A DNA stretch of 63,709 bases, filler included, from Reclinomonas americana ATCC 50394 (Eukaryota): the NCBI GenBank assembly GCA_048213135.1. It is 10 parts of 10 records of this genome, joined end to end, with 100 filler letters (N's around TTAATTAATTAA, not from the genome) between each part and the next. Parts side by side here need not be neighbours in the genome. Positions count along the whole stretch, not along the records: positions 22,592 to 31,114 come from AFZH01017140.1; positions 31,215 to 38,399 come from AFZH01017141.1; 8 more parts are not named here. The stretch is one strand, 5' to 3'. The notes below the pieces were generated by a model. That model was given only the letters and a program-made list of their open reading frames with translations, had not been told where the DNA came from and searched no databases. The translations under genes were made by a program, and so were the position numbers. Below are positions 26,001-38,499 of the stretch, piece by piece (position 1 is the stretch's first letter; each line of letters opens with the position of its first letter).

Positions 26001-28926
26001 CAACGCCAAACACTGCGAAGCACGAGAACGATGACAAAGGTTTGCACGACGCCCGAAACCAATCGTAATTTAAACCTGCAGTAACGCGCGCATCGGAGTA
26101 GCAGAGGCCAGCGGCGGTTACACCCCACAAGCCTGCCCATCCGTGCACTGCCACAGCGTCCACGGGATCTGCAGACACACAAGTACATGTAAGTGTCAGA
26201 CATGTACGTTGTCAAGACCACCAAGATCTAGAGTGGTGTACAGTACCATCGACGTGCATCTTGCGAGTGAGCCACTGCCGTCGGACGAGAAAGAGAGAGA
26301 GCTGCATTAGGAAACATCGAAAGAATGATCGCAGGGGAGATCAACTACAAAAAGACTAACCGAGCCACCCAGGTACACGAAAGCCGCAACAGTGCCAATG
26401 AGTGCTGCCATGTGTGGCTCAACAAACGCGCAGCCTGCATTGACGGCGAGGAGGACACCATAAGCTCCCTCCCTCACTCTTGCCGCATGCCGTACACGGT
26501 TGAATACATGATCACGCAACATGGAGTGACGGCTACAAGACCTCCGAGGCTTGCATTCATCATGATTCCAATGTCATAGCGTCCACGCAAAAGTCTGTGC
26601 ATACAACGACACTTGCAATGAGTATGAAAGAATTCTCAGAAGTGGAAACAGTTGCGCTCAACGCCCTGCGCTCTCTCTGTCAGGTTCCGTAAAGTGCAAC
26701 TGATCATGAAGCGTTGACGATCGAGCGCTTAAAGACTGAGCTGGTAACTGATCGCAGTCTATTCTTGTTTGCTTGTCGCAGCACGTGATGAGCATATCAC
26801 CAACCTTGGCATGAAGACACCCACAAAGGTGGCAGCCGAGCCCGCGATCATGGTGTTCACTGCAGCCAACGAAGCGATGGTGGACTGTGTTTCCCCCGGC
26901 GCAATGGTCACCGTGGATCCCGCATTAAACCCCTGCGACGAGGATAGTAAACGCCACTGTCACCGCAGGCGTACGATTTGCACTCCCGGTTGAGGAGGAT
27001 CAACACATACCAGCCAACCGAACCACAGAAGGAAGCAGCCGAGCACCAGGTGGATCTGCTGCGTTTTGGTCCACTGTGCCCGCACAAGCTCAAGAGTAGA
27101 GTCGGTCTGCGGTGGTGTGCGTGTGAAAACAAGGAGTGAGTAAACGTGCGCAAAACCTCGCGATTGCCAATGTTCACAAACCGCTCCACCAATGTCCAAG
27201 GCTACGTTTTCCATCGCAAGCGGCGCATCCGCGCCTTCATTGTATGTGTCTCCCGTGCGTTCAACAGGAGCGACAACAGGCATTTCAAATGTAACGCCGG
27301 GTCGCGGACCGACCGTCTGGGCATCGATAAGAATAGTATGCAATTTAGTTTCTCAGAGAACAGAAGCAAGCAACCGGCAAGGGAATCACCTTGGCGCCAA
27401 TCAGCGCTGCCACACCACCGACCAGGTGCACAGGGCACCCGCCCGCAAAATCGAGAACAAAGTAGCCGCCAAGTGGTCGTGAAGAGGCGGGTGCCGATCT
27501 GTGAGATTCGCAGTCAGTACACTCACGATATTCGTGCTGCTGCTCCCACTCACCCGCTCAACCAGCCGTCTACACGCACGGTCACAAACAAGCAAGCAGC
27601 GTGTGAGAGTTGCGGCATGGAGGAAACCCACGAATTACTTCTGTCATGTGTAACGCACCTCGCGACCACAGCCAGTGCGCCACAGCCGAATAGATCCACA
27701 GGCACACGTAGAAATGGAAAGAGAGGTATGTCTGCACGACCTGTGAGCAAGCAGTCGAGACACAAAAATGGACTGCAGACGTAACTGAAAACTTTGTTCG
27801 CTCCTAAAACGGGGAAAACAGTTTTGCGAAATAAGAACAAACAACACCCCCTCCCCTACCCACACACACTTTCTCAGTCACGCAACTGCCATGGCGCCAG
27901 AGACAATTGTGCCCTGCGCGCACACGTACAGACACAAAGGGACGAGTGAGATGGTCTGGCGCAGGTATCGTTAGAACAGTTGTAGTCTGCTCGGAACTGC
28001 GGTAGCGGAAAAGTGAAAGCCGTAGAGCCACACCACCGCGTCAGTCTTGCTCGTCGGTATCTGAAACACATGACGAATGTCATAGCCCAAAAACCCGTTG
28101 CCACCTGAACAGCTATTTAAGGAAAGCAGTACAGACTGTATGTAATAAAATCTCAATGCACGCAACTCGAGTATGCAAACGCATAGCCGGCCAGCCACCA
28201 GGCGACCAATGTTACACAGCCATTCACGTAGTTCTTGAGCACAATCAAGTGCACTCCGCGTCGAGCGCACGCAGCCTGTGCGTGTCAGATTGAGCGTGTG
28301 TGTGTTCGAAACGGCAAACTCTGCCTGTGCTGCGCATCGTGTGATCGCCAAACTCTGCACAGCCCACGTATTTTCTCTGTCGTTCTCTTGCTCGAGTCTC
28401 ACCTCAAGCAACAGAAAGCCGGTTTGCATGAGAAACACCAAGGCTCCCGCGAAAAACACCCACTGCATGTTCACGCACTCTCATGAGACACACACACACT
28501 GCGCATGCACGCGCAGACACACACAGTGCACAGCGCAAGCGTTCTTCACGCACTGTCGTGTTGATTGACGTGATCAGTCCCTCGATGGTGGCCTCCGCTG
28601 AGAGAGCAGCAGCGGAAGAGGACGTGAGTGAAGGAGGTTCGCGCATAAGCACACACACGCACAAAATTGAACGGCGAAAAAGGGAGATCTTGTTGGGACA
28701 CACACAGGTGGAGAGTCGTCGTTGTAGGTTTTACACGCGCACCTGTGCTTGATCGCGGAAGGAAGGCGGACTGTTGTGCGGCGACTGGCCATGCATATGG
28801 AGACAACAAGTACGAACAGGTGAACACAGCGAAGATCGCGAATGAGATAGAGAGAGTCTTACCTCGATGAATGCTGCATAGGAGGAACACTGTCAGAGGG
28901 ACAAGCGTCCTTGTGACGAGCGACAT
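23056..28926 (-). CDS. Ammonium transporter (Amt/Mep) fused to a class III adenylate cyclase
   Basis: Amt: VFLMQTGFLLLE, WWLAGYAFAY, TIVSGAMAERTKF, YSAVAHWLW, LDFAGGCPVH, LLWFGWLGFNAGS, DDPVDAVAVHG. In-frame linker APKGA leads to the cyclase: ITVGFTDIEGSTALWE, EVKTEGDAFMVSF, GLRVRMGLH, GRLDYYGTVVNRGARVAG, SLKGV, VYQILP. Confidence 0.88.
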
Positions 28927-28987
28927 GCCTGCGCGCAGTGTGCGCTACTTAAAGAAGAATGAAATTTCAATAGTTGTTGGTACACGC

Positions 28988-29161
28988 ATGGAAGATGAGA
29001 GTGTGGGCGAGTCTGCTGCAGCTGGAGTGAGTGGGAAGCGTGCGCGGGATGCCTCTGAGGATGATACGGGTGAAGACGAGCCGCCACAGAAACGACAACG
29101 CACTGGTGCGTGTGTGACACAGTCGAGGCACGACCACAATCATCTCTCTCACTCCTCTCTG

Positions 29162-29210
<49 letters not shown>

Positions 29211-31114
29211 CTTGTTTTGTGATTGGGGTGTGTTCGTCGCACATAACAGGATCATCAGACGAGTTGTCAACAAGTGGTTCGCCAACTCTCATCTCCGCTC
29301 TTCTCCCGTTGTCGAACAACACTCACGCTGTGACGTTGTTGTCGTGTGTGGTGTCGACAGAGCTGTTCAAGGAGCGCTCAAACCTCCGTCTTGAGAACGC
29401 CATCCCACGCGACGTCATTGATCGTTATGTAAATCATGTCAACACTCTTTGCGTGCACGCTGCACACACGGCGCTCACGGTCACTCTCTGCTGTGTCGTA
29501 GATCACGTGGCAGGCTGGATTCCCAACGATTCGGGTCTCTCCCCCGATGGTAATGCTAACCTTGCACAAGCTGGAATTGTGCTCAGCAGAGCCGACTTCC
29601 CCGCTGATGGTCAGTGGCAGATCGATGCATGTCCTGAGTTGCAGGCGATCAAGAGCGCATTCGAGAACAGGTAAGCAAGAATCGCTCTCAGGTGGTTTCG
29701 ATTCTACACGCGCAGTGACTGACTGTTGGATGTGTTGCAGTGCCGGTACTGATGCGGTGTACCGCCAGCGATGGTGAGTTGATTCCATCGACTCGTTGCT
29801 CTCGAGTGTGGCGCGCTGATGGTGGAATGTGCTGGGTAGTGCGGCGGCAATGCAGCTGCTACCTGGTGCTCCGAATGCAATGCCAGCACCGGCGGCAGGA
29901 CCAGCTGTCGCCGACGAGCAACGTGCTTTGCTACCTGGTGCGCCGAATGCAATGCCAGCACCGGCGGCAGGACCAGCTGTCGCCGACGAGCAACGTGATT
30001 CGTGGGAGCAGAATATGGAGAGCGTGCTCCCATACCAGGAGTTCCGCTCTTGGTGTCCGTCGGCGCTGTTCCAGCGCTTGCCCAGGGTGGCTGGGTTAGC
30101 TGAAATGCCTCTTCAAGTGCTAACGACAGCAGCTGTGCTGAATTTATGTTTGGTGAGTGCTTCGTTGATTAGCAGTTGCAACACGTCTCGCTCTTGTCAA
30201 TCACGGTGCATCTTGGTGCGCAGCATGCGAACGAATCTGTCCAAGTGCTGGGCAATGCAAAACTCCCTTGGTTGTACGGCCTCACGGCTCCAAGACCGGA
30301 CCTGCAAATCCGTCGGCTTGACCCAGAGAACTCTGTTCTCATCGGCGAGATCAAGGCCAAATCCACAAACGAACAACAGCAACACACGGACAAGTTCAAG
30401 CTTCTCTTGCAGATGGCGTACGCACTGTGGGCGCGATCGAAGCGCGTGCGGAACGACGAAGAGCTGCGCCAGCAGCGTGTTTATGGCTGGCTGCAGTTCG
30501 GCGCAACTGTACAGTTGCTGCAGATGCGAGCTGTACCTGTCGAAGCAACTGTTGGTGGAAAGCAGCAGAAGGTGTGTTTTGCATCCGTGTTGTTTTCAAG
30601 GTGGTGCATAGCGGTGTGCTGATTTGCTGATTTGCAGACGACACTGTTCGTGTATCATCTCGTTGATGAAAGCAGCTTGGCTCCACTCCTTCCGTGGACC
30701 GTGGTGCGATTTGTTCTCCTGGCATTGCATGAAATATCACGACAATTAGGCGGTCCCGCACCACAATGGCGACCCGCCCCGGCACTTGAAGAGCTGGTTC
30801 GAAATCAGTCCAAGATGACGCCGGTATTGTGGATGTGCCCCTTTGTTTCATCATCGCTATTGATGTAATCGACGCTGATAGTCTGTCGATCTCTTGCAGT
30901 CTGAGAAAAATAGACAAGGTGCAGCTGGTGGCACGACGACTGTCGCTGCTGATCAACCACCCACTGCGGCTGCTGGATCGGGAGGGCCGGGCGTCTCCGA
31001 GTCTGCTGTCATGGTCAAGACAGTGCAGGTGGACTTCTCAAGAGCGCGCCTCGTGCACGGAAAACCCATTGAGGTGGCAGTGCTTGAGGTGAGCGCGCAC
31101 GAGAGAGAGAGAGA
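28988..31114 (+). CDS. Hypothetical protein with NLS-like N-terminus and PD-(D/E)xK nuclease-like motif; 3'-partial
   Basis: N-terminal KRAR..PPQKRQR; RPDLQI..VLIGEIKAK followed by helix ..QMAYAL and VYGWLQFG; multi-exon. Confidence 0.5.
29857..29997 (+). repeat. Near-perfect 72-bp tandem duplication (24-aa unit LPGAPNAMPAPAAGPAVADEQR)
   Basis: Two copies start at 29857 and 29929, with one mismatch in the aligned part. Confidence 0.95.
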
Positions 31115-31214
31115 NNNNNNNNNNNNNNNNNNNNNNNNNNNNNNNNNNNNNNNNNNNNTTAATTAATTAANNNNNNNNNNNNNNNNNNNNNNNNNNNNNN
31201 NNNNNNNNNNNNNN

Positions 31215-34200
31215 CGTTTGGCTTTGCGGCGCGTGAATTCCTGCGTCACTTGTGCCCCGTGGGCCAGCGCGTGCGAGTGCGTGTCGACTGGCAGACCGAT
31301 GCTCGTCACGACTTTGGCACTCTGTTTGTCAACGGAAGCACCAATGTCGCCTGCGAAGTGAGTTGTCTCTTTTGCCTTGCAAATGTCGCGACATGTCCTT
31401 TTTGTTGTTTGACACGTGGCGTGTGTGTGGTGCAGGTCGCCGCCAATGGATTCGCTCGTGTTCGCTCGCCCTACGAGAACCGTGTCTCGCCGTTGCGTGT
31501 GTGTATGTGTGCTTTGGGGTGCTCGGAGTGCATGGTGGTGTGCACATGGCGCTCACGCACTTGTCTCGCGCGCAGTGACTACGAGAACCTGGAGCAGTTG
31601 TTCCAGACTGCACAGGCTGCGGGGCTCGGCATGTTCACCAAGGACGAGAGCGCTCTGGCCTCTGCTGTGCGACAGATTGAGTTCCCCACTGAGGCTTCGG
31701 TTGTCGAGTTGTTCAACCGGATCAAGGGCTCACCGAAGCCAGGTGAGGAGCGCGCGTGTGCTCTGGCACTGATCTCACCACTGATTGCCTTGCTCTTGTG
31801 TCTGCAGTGTGCGTTGAGGCTGTGCTCAGTGGCAACCTGATTCGCGTGCAGCTGAAGGGCGCCACCAAGTACTACATGCTGCTGGTGCAATTCACCGGCG
31901 TGCAATGCCCGTCGGCAAAGGTGGAGGCTGGCAAGGCACCAACGCGGTTGCAGCAGATTGGAGCAGAGGCGCGTGCATTCACCGAGTCCAAGCTGCTGCT
32001 GCGCGACGTGCACATTTCCTTCGAGGGCTTCGAGCGCGATTTGCTGGTGGGCTCCATTGTCGGCCGCGGCCACACCTTCTCCGAGGAGATTTTGGCGAAT
32101 GGTCTCGGCAAGTGCGCCGACTTCAACATGGCCAAGACGCCGTTTGCTGCTGCTCTGAGGGCAGCCGAGCGTCGTGCCAAGGAGGGTGCACTGCGCATCT
32201 GGGAAGACTACGTTGCGCCCGTGTCATCGTTGCCAGCCGGTTCCATGTCGGAATTCACAGCGCAGGTGTGGGTTCTGCTGGCGCACTTATGTCGCTGCGC
32301 CGTTGCGTGCGTCTCTTGTAACACGTGTCGGGTGTGCAGGTGATTGAGATTGCGGGAGACACGATTGTGGTCAAGGTCGGCAAGCAGGAGAAGCGAATTG
32401 CTCTGGCCTCGATTCGTCTGCCGCGCCGCGACGAGGACTACTCGTATGATGCCAAGGAGTTCCTGCGCAAGCGCCTGATTGGCAAGACCGTGCACGTGTA
32501 CTTGGACTACTCCCGCAAGCCGCAGGCGGCTGCCGAAGGCGAGGGCTCTTCGTCGGCTCCCCCTGCTGGACCGCGCTCGCAGGAGACTCGTCTGTTCTAC
32601 ACAATGACCACAGAGGAAGGGTGAGGATGCTTTGGCGGCGCATATGTGGTGTAGGTTTTCATGTGCTCACTTTTTTTTTTTTTGGCGTTACAGCGATGTG
32701 GGTGAGGCGCTGGTGCGTGCTGGCCTGGCCAAGGTCATTCGCCACGGTGGTGGTGAGGATCGCTCTCGCAACATTGATACTCTGTTGGCCGCCGAGGAAC
32801 AGTTGCGTGGTGTTGCACTGGCGTTGTACCCGCGTGGTTGACAGTTGCCGACCTGCGATGCTTTGTGTGTGTGTGTGTGTGTGTGTGTCTGTGTGTGTGT
32901 CGTGCAGAGCCAAGACGCAGCGCAAGAACCTGCACAGCAACAAGGCGGCACCGAAGCACCGCTTCAAGGATCTGACGACTGTTGCGTCCTCCCAACCCTC
33001 TGTGCCGTTTGCGCCGCACGAGATCTCACCCAGCGGGTGCACAGCGCGGCGAGTCGGCTGGCGCGAACCGAAAGCACTTGGAAAAGGTCAAGGAGCTGCT
33101 GCCGTTCTTCACTCGCTCCAAGCGTCAACCAGCTGTGGTCGAATTCTGCTTGTCTGCATCACGTTTCAAGGTGTTCGTGCCGAGCCAGAACAGCATCATC
33201 ATCCTGGCACTGGCTGGTTCGTTCTGTGGCTGGAGGTTGTCATGTGATGATGGTGGTGGTAGCCGTGCCAAACTGTGCGTGCGTGGTGTGGTGTAGGCAT
33301 CCGAGTTCCTGCGTTCTCCCGTGGCGGCCGTGAGGCAGAGCCTTTTGGTGACGAGGCTCTCAGTTTTGTGCGCGAGAATGTGCTGCAGCGTGAGGTTGGT
33401 CGGCGCTCGTGCCTTGCGTGTGGCTTGCGTGCGCAGGTTGCTCATTTACGTTCGCAGGTGGAGGTGGAGATTGAGGGCGTCGACCGCGGTGGCTCGTTCC
33501 TCGGCTACCTGTTCTTCAACCGCTACCTGAATCTGAGCACGGAGCTGCTGAAGAATGGTCTGGCAGAGACCTACGCCGCGGCCGCCGAGCGCAGCCACTA
33601 CAGCGAGGAGATGTTTGGTGCCGAGACCGCTGCACGCAACGCCAAGCTGGGAGTGCGTCGCGCTTTCTTGACAGCCGTGTGTTGGTTTTCCCTGTGGATG
33701 TGACCCGGTGCTGTCGCAGGTGTGGAGCGTCGATCGTCCAGACCGCGAGCAAGAGACCAACGGTCGTGCAACTGCATTTGGACCGCGCGGATTGCGTGTG
33801 GCCACGGATGTGTCGTTCATTCCAGTGCGCGTGCAAGAAGTGCCGAGCTGCAACTCGATGTACGTGCACTTGCTGGACGCCAATCTGGACTACGGTGTGT
33901 CGTGGTGTTGGATTTTTTTGCGCATGTGCTTGTTCCTTACTGTGTGACGTTTGGGGTGAGCAGACTCTGCGGTGGCCAAGTTGGAGGCGACGCTGGAGGA
34001 TTTGCGAGCAGAGTGCGGCGCGCATGCTGAGGGTGCACTTGCTGGTCAGCTGCCCGACCCTCGAGTTGGTCAGCTGTGCCTCTCTCGCTTCTCGGCTGAC
34101 GGTGCCTGGTACCGCGCCAAGATTACCAAGATCGCTGGCGGCAAGGCCGACTTGCTGTTTGTGGACTACGGCAACGTTGCGCACCCCCACGAGAGTAGTT

Positions 34201-34818
34201 GGGAAGCCGATTGGAGTGTCGCTCACGATCGTGTCTGTGCAGTCGGAGACGACGCCTGTGATTGATCTGCGCACCATCACGAGCGAACTGGCCGATTTGC
34301 CGACGACGGCGCACTTTGTGCGTGTTGCTGGTCTGCTGCCACCACCTGCCGACTCGGAGTTTGTGCAAGACTCGACTCTCTTTGTGCAGGACTTGGTGAG
34401 ATTGATCCTTGCTCTTCGTATCGTTTCTCCGCTGCTGACTGCTCCCGTGACGCAAACAGCTCGTGGAACGCAGCGGTGTGCGTGCCCGTGTCGAGTTCTT
34501 GGACCGCGAGAACGTGATGTACTTGACGATGCTGTTCGACGACGGACACAGCCGCGATGCCGACCTGGCCACCACGGTGTTGCGCGAGGGTCTCGGACGC
34601 GCTGACAAGGACATCAAGAACTTGCTGCCGGGACTGGTTTGTTGTCCGTCAGGCCCGCTGTTGGTTGGTGGGATGCATGGCATGACTGACTGACTCAACT
34701 CGCCGTGCGTTTTGCGCAGTACAAGGAACTGGCGGACGCCGAGGAGGACGCGCGCGCCGACCGTCGCAACTTGTGGCGCTACGGCGACTACGATGCTCCG
34801 GAGGATGAGGACCTCTGA
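31215..34818 (+). CDS. SND1: Tudor staphylococcal nuclease (Tudor-SN), 5'-partial
   Basis: Repeated SNase domains (AREFLR, EAKEFLRKRLIGKTV-like, LQREVEVEIEGVDRGG) and Tudor domain FSADGAWYRAKI..LFVDYGN; ends NLWRYGD. Confidence 0.95.
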
Positions 34819-34954
34819 AAGAAGAAGAAAGACGTAACACAAGACGTCGCTTCCCGTCTGTGAGAGAATCCCGTTTCTAAAAAAGAACGAAATGATTTGG
34901 TTGCATGCGTGTCCCTCCTTTCCGCGTCGGAAGTTTTTTGTTAGTATTGTGAGC

Positions 34955-36501
34955 ATGGATCCCGTGTTGCTCGCTGTAGGAGGTGCCTCCCGCGAGGCAG
35001 CCATTGTTGCACTCGGTCTGTCTCTTTACTCAATCTCTCTCGCACACACAGTCGCCATTGCCGCGATTGCACTGCTCATTGTGCTCGTGCTTCGCCGACG
35101 AGGCGCGCAGGCTGATCCGTTGCGTGTTCTCTCGTCTGCATCCCTCCTGCACGCACACACACACATTCTCACGTGATGCACAGTGACGCGGGCGCCGAGA
35201 TCACAGTCACCGACATTTACTTGTACCCGATCAAGTCGATGCGTGGCATTCGGGTCAACGAGTGGCCGATTAGCACCACGGGCTTCATGGTGAGGGTACA
35301 AGAGGGCCATGTGTGACAGCGTGCACCTCACCAGCTCGTCTACGCCAGTTCGATCGCCGGTGGATGGTGGTACATGCCGAGCGTCACGAGTTTATCACGC
35401 AGCGTCAAGCTCCTCGCATGGCACTGCTGCAGCCGCGGTTTGAGAACAACAACCAGGCATGTAAGGGTGGCCGATCGTGCGCGCCAGTGTGTCGGAGTCT
35501 TACGTGCCTCGTGTAGGAGCTGTGGCTGTCGACCGTGGCGCCGGCAGAGCGACGCCGCGATGTGCTGCTGGGCTTCACGGACGAGAAACGCGATGTGCAG
35601 GAGCGCATGGGTGGCGTAGTGAACACGTACAAGGTCCGCGTGTGGGGCGACTCGGTAGATGGCATTGACTGCGGCGACGAGGTGGCCAAGTGGCTCACCG
35701 AGTTCTTGGGCGAGCCAGCGCGTCTGGTGCGCATGCCCGACGAGTACAAGAGGTCGGTGACCGACGAACGCACCAGTCACATTGACACTATCGAGGTGAA
35801 CTCTGCTGCTGTTGCCGCCGGGGCGAAGCGCAGCCAGTCGCTGACATTTCCGTTTGTGTGCAGCGCGTGTCTGCCAGCTTCGCCGACAAGTATCCGTTCC
35901 TGCTCATTTCGCAGGCGTCACTGCGTGAGTTGAACACTCACATGCCGGCAGGGATTGAGCTGGAGATGCGTCGGTGTGTTTGTGGGAACGCATGGTGCAC
36001 CTGTGTGTGTAGTTGTCGCCGCGATACTGACTCGAGTGTTCGTAGCTTCCGACCGAATATCGTAGTGGCTGGGTGCTCGTCGTACGCCGAAGATCGCTGG
36101 AAGCTGTTCGAGATCGGTGTGTCGTCCAACCACCAAACTGTTTCCTGTGTGTCCTCCCCTCATGGTATGTGTGCAGGCAACGTTACGCTGTGGGGTGTCA
36201 AGCCGTGCGGGCGCTGCCGCATCACCACCGTCAATCCGGATCTCGGTGAGTTCGGTGAGCAGCCACTCAAGTGGTTGAAGGAGAATCGGTACGGTTTCTT
36301 CCTCGTGCTGTCGGAGTGGCGCCACTGTGTGTGTAAATACTAATCATCTGTGTGTGGGTACCCAGCGCGATCAGCAACGGCAACTACATCTTTGGGCAGA
36401 ATTGTGTGCACGAAAAGGCTGGCGTCGTGATGCGAGTCGGCGAGCGGGTGCACATCAAGGAGCTAAAGCCTGCGCTGGTATTCGAGCAGGCCAACAAGTG
36501 A
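34955..36501 (+). CDS. MOSC-domain protein (mARC-like) with N-terminal membrane anchor
   Basis: LYPIKSMRG, FDRRWMVV, FADKYPFLLISQASL, RFRPNIVV, KPCGRCRITTVNP, IFGQN. Confidence 0.93.
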
Positions 36502-36542
36502 GAGGAGCTCAACAACAGCACGGCCGCTTTTATAATTCTCCG

Positions 36543-38204
36543 TCAATAATACGTGGCCATGAGCACCTTAGTGACTTGATTGATGGCATTCTGGAATCGC
36601 TGATCGAGTTGCCGCCCACCGTCTTCTGTCGGGTCTCCAAGCCACATGCTCAACACAAACTGGGTGATTGTAAGAGGGCGGGAGAGAAGTAGAACCAAAA
36701 AAGGAGAACACGAACCTCCAGTCCGCGATTCTTGATGGGTGCGCCGTTGCCATCCAGCACGGGGAAGCAGGCGTATGTGTTCAGAGTCATTTCATAACCA
36801 GCAGTGTCGGAGGGCCCGAAGCCCATCTTACTGAAGATGCGCCACTGGCCCTGAGACGCCTTGTCGACGGCATCCATGTCCACGCTGCGCTGCACAAACA
36901 CATCCGAGCTCATTGACTGCCACGGCCAGGGCGAGTGAGAAAGACCTGCGTATCAAGCACTAGAGCGACAAGCACATACACGCACCATTCCGCCCCACTG
37001 CAGCCTGTCTGTACGCAAAGGGAATAAAACAGCGTTGAGAAGAAGAATTGCGCGCCTGTCATTTTCTGCCACCTCACCAAACATGGTCGACGCGGGACTC
37101 CCGTACAGAATGCCCTGGCTATCTGACCATTGGAACCCGTCGGGGTGGTGCAAGTACGAGGGGTCTTCGCGGTGCATCACAATGCGACGAATCCACTCCG
37201 ACGCCGACAGCGCCGCCACGTTGTTGGGGATGAGCGGGTTCGGTGTCGGATCGGGGGTCACATTGACCGAAAGTCCATCTTGCGTAAAGTTCAAGTACGA
37301 CAGCGGCGGCACCGGTGGTGTGGCACCGTAGTTGCCTCCAAACGACTCGCCCGGCGCAGCCCCAATCCACTGATGCAACAGGTCGTCGGCATGCTCTGCA
37401 ACTCACCGTGAGTCTCACAATTCCCTTCCTCGCAGCAGCGCACACTGCACCCCGCACACAACGATGACCGCCGATCCAGTGATAGTAGCCCCCAATCTGG
37501 TTACTCGACATGCCGTGCGTCTCGTCGTAGCTCGTCACAATCGTCACGAGGTCCGACAACTGACGGTGGTTTACACCGCCCTCCACCGCATCGAATCCCA
37601 CACGACCGCCCGGACTGATCGACCGCAGCTTTCCCGCCGCATCCGAGGCCGCCAGCACCTTACTCGACGACCACGGCTGGTACGGAACGCGGGCATTGCC
37701 GTTGTCCATGTAGCGCACCGAGTACGACGAGTCACCGTGACGTTTGATGGCCGTCACCGACAGCAACGCCTCCGAGTCTACCAAGCCGCGCAGCACGTGA
37801 TCCACTTGCGCCTGTGAAACATTCCGCGCCGCTGCTCCAAATGCCGCATCGGCATCCCACTGCGTCGGGCACGCAAAGTCGCTATCAAATATGGGCGGGA
37901 AGCGCTTCACACAGTTGCCGTCGTCCAGGCCCGCCTGCACACAACTGATGAGAGAGAACATGAGAGAAAGAGAGAGAGCATGTGTGTGCTCACCAGTCCA
38001 GAACCGCACCACTGCAAGTCGTCGTGGGGATCGGAGAAATCATTCAGCATGCATGCATTCATGATTATGTGTGAGAGTGACACTTACTTTCCAGGTTTTG
38101 CGCTGCTGGTACACCCGCGGGTCGGTGGGCACTGGTGTGGCCAGCACCAGTGCTGCAGCGACGCACACACACACAATCGCCACCAGAGACAACGACAATC
38201 GCAT
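36543..38204 (-). CDS. Secreted protein with serine beta-lactamase/PBP-like motifs
   Basis: Signal peptide MRLSLSLVAIVCVCVAAALVLA; motifs in canonical order QPWSSSK (SxxK), GMSSN (SxN) and FSKMG (KxG); multi-exon. Confidence 0.6.
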
Positions 38205-38499
38205 CTTGCTCCGAACACACGTGAATGGAAGTGAGTCCTGCCGCTTTTGTGAAGTGTATGCGTGTACATTGTTTTGTTGTCGTTGTTGCTGTTGTTTTGT
38301 GGAGCACATCCTACTACATGTACCCCCCATCGTTGTTGCGGCTGCGTGCGTGCCTCAGCCGCGCTGCTTACTCGTCCTTGGGCTCGCCGTCCTCGTCGAN
38401 NNNNNNNNNNNNNNNNNNNNNNNNNNNNNNNNNNNNNNNNNNNTTAATTAATTAANNNNNNNNNNNNNNNNNNNNNNNNNNNNNNNNNNNNNNNNNNNN

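Noticed and set aside
29857..29997. Direct repeat as a possible CRISPR or LTR
   Set aside because: Two abutting in-frame 72-bp copies with no spacer; a coding tandem duplication.
38318..38399. Start of an ORF resembling a mitochondrial presequence (MYPPSLLRLRACLSRAAYSS)
   Set aside because: Only 27 codons before the gap; too short to assign.
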